From Alkalilimnicola ehrlichii MLHE-1 (GTDB lineage: Bacteria > Pseudomonadota > Gammaproteobacteria > Nitrococcales > Halorhodospiraceae), in the NCBI RefSeq assembly GCF_000014785.1, contig NC_008340.1, positions 330,001-362,000 on the forward strand: a DNA stretch of 32,000 nucleotides. Reading direction: 5' to 3'. Shown here in pieces: positions 17,263 to 24,701 of this stretch; position 1 is the first letter of the stretch; every line of letters starts with the position of its first letter. Both the position numbers and the translations under genes were made by a program. The notes under the pieces were generated by a model. That model saw nothing but the letters and a program-made list of their open reading frames with translations. It made no database searches and had not been told where the DNA came from.

Positions 17263-18691
17263 CGCCGGGAATCAGCTTGCCGGGATTGAGCCGCTGATCC
17301 GGGTCCAGCGCGCGCTTGATGCTGCGCATCAGGTCCAGTTCCACCGGCGACTTATGGCGGCGCAGGGCATCGGCCTTGAGCAGGCCCACGCCGTGCTCGG
17401 CAGCGATGGAGCCGCCCATCTCGGTCACCAACTCATGGATCAGTTCGTTGTAGTGATCCCACCGGGCGAGAAAGACCTCCGGGGCCTCGCCTTCGGGCTG
17501 GCTGAGGTTGAAATGCAGGTTGCCGTCGCCCACGTGGCCGAAGGTGCAAAGGCGCACCCTCGGATCCTCGGCGCGGATCCGTGCCTCCGCGGCGGTCAGA
17601 AAGTCCGGGAGGCGCGAGGTGGCGACGGCGATATCGTGCTTGATGCTGGCGCCAGCGCGGCTCTGACCGCCCGGGATGCCCTCGCGTATGGCCCACAGGC
17701 GCCGCCCGTCCTGGGCATCCGCGGCCAGCACCGCGTCCAGCACCTCGCCCTGCTCCCGGGCAGTGGCCAGGCTTTCGCTCAGCGCCGCCCGCAGCCCGGC
17801 CCGGGGGCTGGGGCTGGCCAGCTCCACCAGCAGATACCAGGGGGCATCCTCCGGCAGTCGTGCCGGGGGGGCGCCGGCCTCCTCCCGGCCCAATCGGAAG
17901 GCGAGGGCGCTCATCAGCTCGCAGGCGGTGACGGTGTCACCGCTGTCCGCCTGCAGGCGGCGCAATAGGGCAATGGCCCGGCGCGGGTCGGTGACCGCCA
18001 CCAGGGCCGTCTGAATGTCCCGGGGCCGGGGGAAGAGGCGGAACACGGCGGCGGTGATGATGCCCAGGGTGCCTTCGCTGCCGATGAACAGATCGCGCAG
18101 GTCCAACCCGCTGTTGTCTTTGCGCAGTCCGCGCAGACCGTCCCAGACGCGGCCATCGGCGAGCACCACCTCCAGGCCCAGGGTGAGTTCGCGGGCATTG
18201 CCGTAACGCAGCACGTTGGTGCCGCCGGCATTGCTGCCCAGATTGCCGCCGATGCGGCACTGCGCCTCCGAGGGCAGGCTCAGAGGGAAGAGGCGGTCGG
18301 CCCCGGCGGCGGCCTGCTGGACGTCCACCAGCCGGCAGCCCGCCTCCACGGTGAGGGTGTTGTTCTCCGGGTCGATGGCGCGGACCCGGTCCATCCGCTC
18401 CAGGCTCAGTACCACCTGCCCTTGCTCGCTTTGCGGGGCCCCGCCCCCCACCAGGCCGGTGTTGCCGGACTGGGGGACAATGGCCAGGCCGAGTTCGGCG
18501 CAGCAGCGCACGGCGCGGCTCACCGCCTCGGTGGAATCCGGGCGCAGCACGCAGAGCGCCGCGCCGGGAAAGCGGCCGCGCCACTCGCGCAGGTAGGGTG
18601 CCATGGCGGGGCCGGGGCCGATCACCGCCTCGGCGCCGAGGCAGTCACGGAGTTGATCCAGGGGGGCGGTGGTTGTGGTGGGCATGGTCAT
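17252..18691 (-). CDS. FAD-binding oxidoreductase, GlcD / D-2-hydroxyacid dehydrogenase family
   Basis: VPQSGNTGLVGGGAPQ, LDLRDLFIGSEGTLGIITAAVFRLFPRP, FGHVGDGNLHFN, GGSIAAEHGVG, LNPGKLIPG. Confidence 0.9.
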   Translation of the reverse strand: MTMPTTTTAPLDQLRDCLGAEAVIGPGPAMAPYLREWRGRFPGAALCVLRPDSTEAVSRAVRCCAELGLAIVPQSGNTGLVGGGAPQSEQGQVVLSLERMDRVRAIDPENNTLTVEAGCRLVDVQQAAAGADRLFPLSLPSEAQCRIGGNLGSNAGGTNVLRYGNARELTLGLEVVLADGRVWDGLRGLRKDNSGLDLRDLFIGSEGTLGIITAAVFRLFPRPRDIQTALVAVTDPRRAIALLRRLQADSGDTVTACELMSALAFRLGREEAGAPPARLPEDAPWYLLVELASPSPRAGLRAALSESLATAREQGEVLDAVLAADAQDGRRLWAIREGIPGGQSRAGASIKHDIAVATSRLPDFLTAAEARIRAEDPRVRLCTFGHVGDGNLHFNLSQPEGEAPEVFLARWDHYNELIHELVTEMGGSIAAEHGVGLLKADALRRHKSPVELDLMRSIKRALDPDQRLNPGKLIPGDER

Positions 18692-18704
18692 TCCAGCGGT
18701 CCGG

Positions 18705-20138
18705 TCACAGATAAGGGCTCAGCAGCCAGAACAGGGCATCCCGGGCCTTCACCGGCAGAGTGCGCTCATGTAGTTGCGCGGCGTCGGCGGGCTCGCTCCT
18801 GTGCTGGGTCTCCCGGCAGTGTGCCACCATCTGCCCGGCAAAGCTGCGATCGTGCGTCTCCAGGGTGAGCTCAAAGTTCAGCCGCAGGCTGCGCGGGTCC
18901 AGATTGGCGGAGCCGATGTGGGTGTAATGCTCATCGATGATTAACAGTTTGGTATGGTTAAACGGTGCCGGCTGATACCAGACCTTCACCCCCCAGTGAA
19001 GCAGCTCCCAGAGCATGTGGCGACTGGCCCAGTCCACGTAAGGCAGGTTGCTGCGCCGGGGGAGCAGGATATTCACCTCTACGCCCCGAAGCGCCGCCGC
19101 CTGCAGGGCGGTGGTGAGGGGGCGGGGGGGCAGGAAATAGGGGGTCATGATCCATACGGACTCCCGCGCGGCGCTGATGGCCGCCACCATAATCATCAAC
19201 AGCCGGTCCAGATCTTCATTGGGGCCGTCGACAATGGCGCGGCAGGCCGCCTGGCCCTGGGGCTGAAGCGGGACGGGGGGCACGCTCTGTTCACTGCCGG
19301 TGGCGAAGGCCCAGTCCTCCAGAAAGACCTGCTCCAGGTTGGCCACCACCGGGCCGGTGACCCGGAAATGCAGATCCTGCACCGGGCGGCGGCCGGCCCC
19401 AACGCCGGTGAGGTGGTGCTCGCTGATGTTCATGCCGCCGGTGAAGGCCGTCTCGCCGTCGGCCACCAGCAGTTTGCGGTGGTTGCGCAGATTGACGTAG
19501 ATCTCCGGGGGCAGGAGTCGGGGCGCGAGGAAGCGGGCGTGGGGAATACCCTGACGGTAGAGCAGGCGGCTGATCCGGGGGAGGTGGGGGAAGGTGTACC
19601 ACTCGCCGAAGCCGTCCACCAGCACCCGCACATCGACCCCGCGCCGGTGGGCGTGGGCCAGGGCCCGGACGAAGCGCCGGCCGGTGGGGCTGTTGTTAAA
19701 GATGTAGGTGCTGAGATAGAGCCGGTGGCGGGCCTGGTCAATGGCCTGCAGCATGCGCGGATAGGCCTGCTCGCCGTTCTGCAGGGCTTCCAGGTGGTTG
19801 CCCTGGTAGAGCATCCGTCCGGTGATGGCATCGGCGCTGCGGACCAGTTCGGAACAACTGGCCGCACCGCCGGCCGGGCAGGGGGAGGCGTGTGCCGCCG
19901 GAACGTCCGGCACCTCGGCGCCCGGCGAGAGCAGCTTGCGGGCACGGGTGCGTACCCGGTTGATGCCGAAGAAAAAGTAGATCAGCGGGCCGGCTACCGG
20001 GAAGGCCAGGCAGACGGCGATCCACGCCATGGCCACGGAGGGCTCGCGTTTGTTGAGCAGGGCGTGGCCGGCGGCGATCGGACCGACCACGGCCTGGGCG
20101 ATACTCAGCAGAGCCAGCAGTAGGGTAAGCGGTTCCAT
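18705..20138 (-). CDS. Cardiolipin synthase-type phospholipase D family protein
   Basis: Two HKD motifs (HRKLLVADGETAFTGGMNI and HTKLLIIDEHYTHIGSANLDPRSLRLNFE), N-terminal TM helices and ARHRLYLSTYIF. Confidence 0.9.
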   Translation of the reverse strand: MEPLTLLLALLSIAQAVVGPIAAGHALLNKREPSVAMAWIAVCLAFPVAGPLIYFFFGINRVRTRARKLLSPGAEVPDVPAAHASPCPAGGAASCSELVRSADAITGRMLYQGNHLEALQNGEQAYPRMLQAIDQARHRLYLSTYIFNNSPTGRRFVRALAHAHRRGVDVRVLVDGFGEWYTFPHLPRISRLLYRQGIPHARFLAPRLLPPEIYVNLRNHRKLLVADGETAFTGGMNISEHHLTGVGAGRRPVQDLHFRVTGPVVANLEQVFLEDWAFATGSEQSVPPVPLQPQGQAACRAIVDGPNEDLDRLLMIMVAAISAARESVWIMTPYFLPPRPLTTALQAAALRGVEVNILLPRRSNLPYVDWASRHMLWELLHWGVKVWYQPAPFNHTKLLIIDEHYTHIGSANLDPRSLRLNFELTLETHDRSFAGQMVAHCRETQHRSEPADAAQLHERTLPVKARDALFWLLSPYL

Positions 20139-20246
20139 GGCCTCCCGGTGTCCGGTTTGTGGTGGCCAGCCTCATTGACCGGTTACCCTACCACGCGCGG
20201 GGCTTGCGCGCCCCCTGACACAGCCAACCCGAAGGATAAAGCGACC

Positions 20247-21905
20247 ATGGCAGTACAGGCGAAATCCGGATTGCTCAAGGGGATGAACCCAACGGTCACC
20301 GTGGTGACGGTGGTGGTCATGCTGGTCTCGGTCATCCTCGGCGCCGGCTGGACGGAGCAATCCGCCGCTGCCATCAGCACGGCGCGTGAGACCCTGAACC
20401 CCTTCCTGGAATGGTACTACGTGGTGCTGGTGGCGGTGTTCTTCGTCTTTTGCCTGTGGCTGGGCGTGGGCCGGTACAAGAATGTGCGCCTGGGTGGCGA
20501 TACCGAGCGGCCGGAGTTCACCACCTTCTCCTGGGTGGCCATGCTGTTTGCGGCCGGAACGGGGGTGGGGATCATCTTCTGGAGCATCGCCGAGCCCATC
20601 ATGCACTTCGACTCCAACCCCTTCGCTGCCGACGGCAGCCCCGAGTCGGCGGCAGTGGCTATGCGCCTGACCTTCTTTCACTGGGGGCTCCCGGGGTGGG
20701 CGATCTTCGGGCTGGTGGGGCTGGTGCTGGCCTATTTCAGTTTCCGTCACAGCCTGCCGTTGACCGTCCGCTCGGCCCTCTACCCCTTCCTGGGGCACCG
20801 TATCCACGGCCCGATCGGTGATCTGGTGGACAGCCTGGCGGTGTTCGGCACGGTCTTCGGCATCGCGACGACCCTGGGGTTGGGGGTGCAGCAGATGAAC
20901 ACCGGACTGGGCCAGCTCTTCGGACTGGACACCACGCTCACCCTGCAACTGGGGGTCACCGCGGTGATCATGTTCATCGCCACGGCGTCGGTGGTCTCCG
21001 GGGTGAAGCGCGGGGTTCGGCTGCTCTCCGAGGCCAACTTCTGGCTGAGTGTGGTCATTGTGCTCTTTTTCCTGATCTTCGGCCCCACCCACTACCTGTT
21101 TGCGCTGACCATCGAGTCCACCGGCGAGTACCTGCAGAACCTGCTGGCCATGACCTTCTACACCCACGCCAACAAGGACACCGGCTGGCAGGCGGAGTGG
21201 ACAGTCTTCTTCTGGGGCTGGTGGATTGCCTGGTCGCCCTTCGTGGGCATGTTCATCGCCCGCATCTCCCGCGGGCGCACGGTGCGCGAGTTCATGCTCG
21301 GGGTGCTGCTGATGCCCACGGTGATCACCTTCGTCTGGATCGGGCTGTTCGGCGGCACCGCCCTGCACCAGGAGCTGTTCGGCGACGGTGGCGTGGTTGC
21401 GGCGGTGAGTCAGGATGTCTCGGTGGCCATCTTCCACACCATCGAGGGGATGCAATTGGGCCTTCTGGGGCAGGCGGCGGGGGTGCTGGTCACGGTCCTG
21501 ATCGCCACCTATCTGATCACCTCCGCCAATGCCGGCACCCTGGTCATCAACACGCTCCTGGCCAATGGGGACACCGATCCGCCCACCGGGCACCGGATCC
21601 TCTGGGGCGTGGTGCTGGCCCTGCTGACGGCGGTGCTCCTGGTGGCCGGTGGGCTGGAGACGCTGCAGGCGGCGGTCATTCTGGCGGGGCTGCCCTTTTC
21701 GTTAGTGATGGTGGCGATGCTGCTCGGTTTGGTGAAGGCCCTGGAGCAGGAGCGCTACGCACCGCGTCCCGGTGCCCGTACGCTGGCGCCGACCGAACCC
21801 TGGGTGGGCATGGACCAGGCCGGCGATACCCTGCACGAGCCCCGCGGCACGGCCGGGGCGGCCGGGGAGTACCAGCCCAGTGCCCGGACCGGCGCCGAGG
21901 GCTAG
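20247..21905 (+). CDS. BCCT family (betaine/choline/carnitine) transporter
   Basis: MGVGIIFWSIAEPIMHF-type motif (GTGVGIIFWSIAEPIMHFDSNPF), HWGLPGWAIFGLVGL, VFFWGWWIAWSPFVGMFIARISRGRTVREF. Confidence 0.95.
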   Translation: MAVQAKSGLLKGMNPTVTVVTVVVMLVSVILGAGWTEQSAAAISTARETLNPFLEWYYVVLVAVFFVFCLWLGVGRYKNVRLGGDTERPEFTTFSWVAMLFAAGTGVGIIFWSIAEPIMHFDSNPFAADGSPESAAVAMRLTFFHWGLPGWAIFGLVGLVLAYFSFRHSLPLTVRSALYPFLGHRIHGPIGDLVDSLAVFGTVFGIATTLGLGVQQMNTGLGQLFGLDTTLTLQLGVTAVIMFIATASVVSGVKRGVRLLSEANFWLSVVIVLFFLIFGPTHYLFALTIESTGEYLQNLLAMTFYTHANKDTGWQAEWTVFFWGWWIAWSPFVGMFIARISRGRTVREFMLGVLLMPTVITFVWIGLFGGTALHQELFGDGGVVAAVSQDVSVAIFHTIEGMQLGLLGQAAGVLVTVLIATYLITSANAGTLVINTLLANGDTDPPTGHRILWGVVLALLTAVLLVAGGLETLQAAVILAGLPFSLVMVAMLLGLVKALEQERYAPRPGARTLAPTEPWVGMDQAGDTLHEPRGTAGAAGEYQPSARTGAEG

Positions 21906-21981
21906 CGCCGGTCCGGCCCCGGCGGGCCCGTGCGGCTCGGGCGGGTGTGGGGCCAAGAGGCTTGCTGCTGCAGGCGCTTAG

Positions 21982-22001
21982 CTTTAGACTTCAATAAAGT
22001 C
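21982..22001. promoter_or_regulatory. Candidate operator: overlapping inverted repeats upstream of the Fur/Irr-like gene
   Basis: CTTTAGACTTCAATAAAGTC contains GACTT-N5-AAGTC (21987-22001) and CTTTA-N8-TAAAG (21982-21999), 36-55 bp before the ATG at 22037, in an AT-richer island. Confidence 0.35.
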
Positions 22002-22036
22002 AAGAACCCGCGGCATTCCGCTGCACGAGGTTGCCC

Positions 22037-22468
22037 ATGAACGATATGCACGAACACGAGCACGACGACATCGTCTCGCGCCTGCGGGACGCGGGCCTGA
22101 GACCCACGCGGCAGCGCCTGGCCCTGGCCGATCTGCTGTTCTCCCACGGCGATCGCCACGTGACGGCGGAATCGCTCTACGACGAAGCCCTCGGCCAGGG
22201 GGTGCGGGTGTCGCTGGCCACCATCTACAACACCCTGAACCAGTTCACCTCCTCGGGGTTGCTCCGTGAGGTGGTGGTGGACTCCGGCAAGTCCTATTTC
22301 GACACCAACACCGAGGCCCACCAGCACGTGTTCAACGAGGACACCGGGGCTATCGACGATGTCCAGCTGAGCCTGGATGCGGAGGAACTCGCCAGCCGCA
22401 TCGCTGTGCCCGAGGGGCATGAGATCACCGGCGTCGATGTCGTGGTGAGGCTGCGCCGCAGCCAGTGA
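22037..22468 (+). CDS. Fur superfamily transcriptional regulator, Irr-like
   Basis: RPTRQRLALADLLFSHGDRHVTAESLYDEAL, VSLATIYNTLNQFTSSGLLREVVVDSGKSYFDTNTEAHQHVFNEDTG; sequence style of Irr rather than canonical Fur. Confidence 0.85.
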   Translation: MNDMHEHEHDDIVSRLRDAGLRPTRQRLALADLLFSHGDRHVTAESLYDEALGQGVRVSLATIYNTLNQFTSSGLLREVVVDSGKSYFDTNTEAHQHVFNEDTGAIDDVQLSLDAEELASRIAVPEGHEITGVDVVVRLRRSQ

Positions 22469-22573
22469 TCCCCCCGGTCCTGACCCCGCGCACCGTGCTC
22501 CGGGGGCAGGCCGCCCCCGTTCCCCTCCACCCCCGGGCTCGTATAGGATGCAGCTTTTGCCGGGGGAATGGCC

Positions 22574-23398
22574 ATGGCCGGTAGCCAGGGCGGCGTCGGT
22601 ATCTATGTGGATGCCGCCAACATCCAGATGAACGGCGGCTTCGGCATGCAGTACGACGTGCTGCGGGAGTTTGCCTGTCGGACCGGGGCCGAGCCCATCC
22701 GCCTCAATGCCTATGTGACCTACGATGAGCAGCGGGCCGAGCGCGACCGCGGCTACCACCAGCGGGTGAACAACTTCTTTCAGTCCATCCGCGAGTTCGG
22801 CTACAAGGTCATCATCAAGAAGTACCGCTGGTACCGGGACGAGGAGGGCAATGCCTACGCCAAGGCCAACGCCGACCTGGATATGGCGGTGGATGCCCTG
22901 CTGCAGTCGCAGAGCCTGACCCGGGTAATGATGGTCACCGGCGACGGGGACTTCGTTCAGGTGGTAAGGGCGCTGCAGAACCAGGGCTGCCGGGTGGAGC
23001 TGCTGGCCTTCGACAATATCTCCTCGGAGCTTCGCCGCGAGGCCGATGTGTTCGTCTCCGGCTATCTGGTGCCCGGCCTGCTGCCACCGCGTGAGCAGCA
23101 GGGGCGCCCGGTCTGGGGGGAGATGGGCTCACGGGTGCGGGGCATCTGCTATTACCACAGCCCGGACGGGTATGGGTTTCTGCGTTTCATGCGGCGGATC
23201 GCCGACCACCTCTGGGTGACCGACACCCGCCATCCCCACTCGCCTTACGCCTCGGCCTATTTCCGTGACAGTGACCTGCCCGCCAATCTCAAGCCCGGCG
23301 ATCTCCCAAGCCACGGCATCATCCTTGAGTTCGACATCCACCCCTCGTCGGTGAAGGAGGGGGCGCTGGAGGCCAGCGACATCCAGCGCGTGCGCTGA
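22574..23398 (+). CDS. NYN-domain (LabA/DUF88-like) protein with a C-terminal possible CSD/OB-fold domain
   Basis: GIYVDAANIQMN, KANADLDMAVDALLQSQSLTRVMMVTGDGDFVQVVRALQNQGCRVELLA (NYN/PIN-like acidic residues). C-terminal RVRGICYYHSPDGYGFLRF resembles a cold-shock GYGF segment. An alternative ATG lies at 22568. Confidence 0.85.
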   Translation: MAGSQGGVGIYVDAANIQMNGGFGMQYDVLREFACRTGAEPIRLNAYVTYDEQRAERDRGYHQRVNNFFQSIREFGYKVIIKKYRWYRDEEGNAYAKANADLDMAVDALLQSQSLTRVMMVTGDGDFVQVVRALQNQGCRVELLAFDNISSELRREADVFVSGYLVPGLLPPREQQGRPVWGEMGSRVRGICYYHSPDGYGFLRFMRRIADHLWVTDTRHPHSPYASAYFRDSDLPANLKPGDLPSHGIILEFDIHPSSVKEGALEASDIQRVR

Positions 23399-23408
23399 GC
23401 CCGGCCGG

Positions 23409-24365
23409 TCAGCGCCCCGGGTCCAGGGCCCGGGCCATCTCCCGCGCCACCTGGTCGAGCGCTTCGCGGCTGTCCACGTCGCCTGGCAACAGCGGCAGGC
23501 GCAACGGGTGCAGATCCGGGAAGTACTCATCGATACGTGCCAGCCAGCGGTGCTCCCGGGCCAGCCGCTCTCGGAAGAAGGGATCGGTGACGCCTTCAGG
23601 CAGGAGCTTGTTCACCACCAGGTGGCGCACGTGGATGTTCCAGTCGGCCAGCTCCCGGATGGCGTTGCGGGTCTCGGTGATGGGCAGGTATTCCGGGACG
23701 AGGACAAAGACAAAGGCGGTGGTCTGGTCATCCAACAGGATGTCACGCATGGCCGCGGCCCGCTGGCGGCGTCGGCTGAGCACGTCGTAGAGCGGGTCGT
23801 CCGGGACCTCGCCGTCGCCCAGCCAGTGGGAGTAGTCCCTGTTGCGTTTGTGGCGCCGCTTGAGCAGCCCGTCCACCCAGGTGCCCATGAGTTCGGGCAG
23901 GGTGAGCAGCCGTACCGTATGCCCGGTGGGGGCGGTGTCGAACACCAGCAGGTCATAGGCCTGGGACTCCTCCAGAATCAGGCTGACCATACGGTCGAAC
24001 AGGGCGGCCTCGGCGGCTCCGGGGGAGTGCGCGGCCAGGTCGATCTGGCGCAGGGCCTCGTCCAGCATGGTGGAGCGCACCGTGCGCCGGATATTCTCCT
24101 TGACCCCGTCCAGGTAGCGATGGGTCTCCCGATGGACGTCCACCTCGACGGCGTCCAGGTTGGGGGCGACGCGGGTGATGCCCTCGCCGCCGATGGGGGT
24201 GTGAAACAAGTCCGCCAGGTTGTGTGCCGGGTCGGTGGAGACCAGCAGCACCCGCCGGTCCTGGTCCGCCGCATAGAGGGCGAAGGCCGCAGCGGAGGTG
24301 GACTTGCCGACCCCGCCCTTGCCGGCGAAGAACACCACCTGCCGGTTCAGCAGTGCGTTATCCAT
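23409..24365 (-). CDS. ArsA/Get3-family ATPase, single domain, no cysteines
   Basis: VVFFAGKGGVGKSTSAAAFALYAA, VSTDPAHNLADLF, LLVFDTAPTGHTVRLLTLPE, HLVVNKLLPE. RBS GAGGGG upstream. No Cys in the 318 aa. Confidence 0.9.
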   Translation of the reverse strand: MDNALLNRQVVFFAGKGGVGKSTSAAAFALYAADQDRRVLLVSTDPAHNLADLFHTPIGGEGITRVAPNLDAVEVDVHRETHRYLDGVKENIRRTVRSTMLDEALRQIDLAAHSPGAAEAALFDRMVSLILEESQAYDLLVFDTAPTGHTVRLLTLPELMGTWVDGLLKRRHKRNRDYSHWLGDGEVPDDPLYDVLSRRRQRAAAMRDILLDDQTTAFVFVLVPEYLPITETRNAIRELADWNIHVRHLVVNKLLPEGVTDPFFRERLAREHRWLARIDEYFPDLHPLRLPLLPGDVDSREALDQVAREMARALDPGR

Positions 24366-24374
24366 GGGCCCCCC

Positions 24375-24650
24375 TCAGCAGCAGCGGATGTGGTCCAGTG
24401 GGGAATGCTCCATACCCATGCGCCGGTGCCACTCGTGGAACTCCTCAATGATCAGCGGGTAGAGCTCCAGGGTGTGGTAGGAGACGGGGTTGGGCACCCC
24501 GAGCATCTCTGAAAAGCACATGAACAGGAACAGGTCGTCCTCATCCCGCAGCTCGCGGATGACCTCGGCCTCATGGCCGAGCCGCAGCATCCGGTCGTAG
24601 CGATAAAGCCAGCGGGCGATGGGGTTACGGGGTTCATTCGGGTCGCTCAT
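24375..24650 (-). CDS. Small protein ending in ...IRCC*, cory-CC-star-like
   Basis: MSDPNEPRNPIARWLYRYDRMLRLGHEAEVIRELRDEDDLFLFMCFSEMLGVPNPVSYHTLELYPLIIEEFHEWHRRMGMEHSPLDHIRCC; RBS GGGAGG; 9-nt gap to the ArsA-like gene. The family name is from memory of a small CC-terminal family. Confidence 0.75.
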   Translation of the reverse strand: MSDPNEPRNPIARWLYRYDRMLRLGHEAEVIRELRDEDDLFLFMCFSEMLGVPNPVSYHTLELYPLIIEEFHEWHRRMGMEHSPLDHIRCC

Positions 24651-24671
24651 GGCGGCCTCCCAAATGGGCAG

Positions 24672-24694
24672 GGCGGGGGCCTGAGGCCCCCGCC
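24672..24694. other. Perfect 10-bp GC hairpin between cstA and the CC-terminal small gene
   Basis: GGCGGGGGCC-TGA-GGCCCCCGCC. It has no U tract on the coding side, so it could be an attenuator or 3'-end stabiliser rather than a classical terminator. Confidence 0.6.
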
Positions 24695-24701
24695 GTGACG
24701 G

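Noticed and set aside
18954-20123. 389-aa plus-strand ORF opposite the cardiolipin synthase-type gene
   Set aside because: The opposite strand carries two clear HKD motifs. The plus ORF is a codon-bias shadow.
23409-24365. Arsenic resistance operon
   Set aside because: No arsR, arsB, arsC or arsD nearby, and the ATPase has no cysteines, so arsenite extrusion is not supported.
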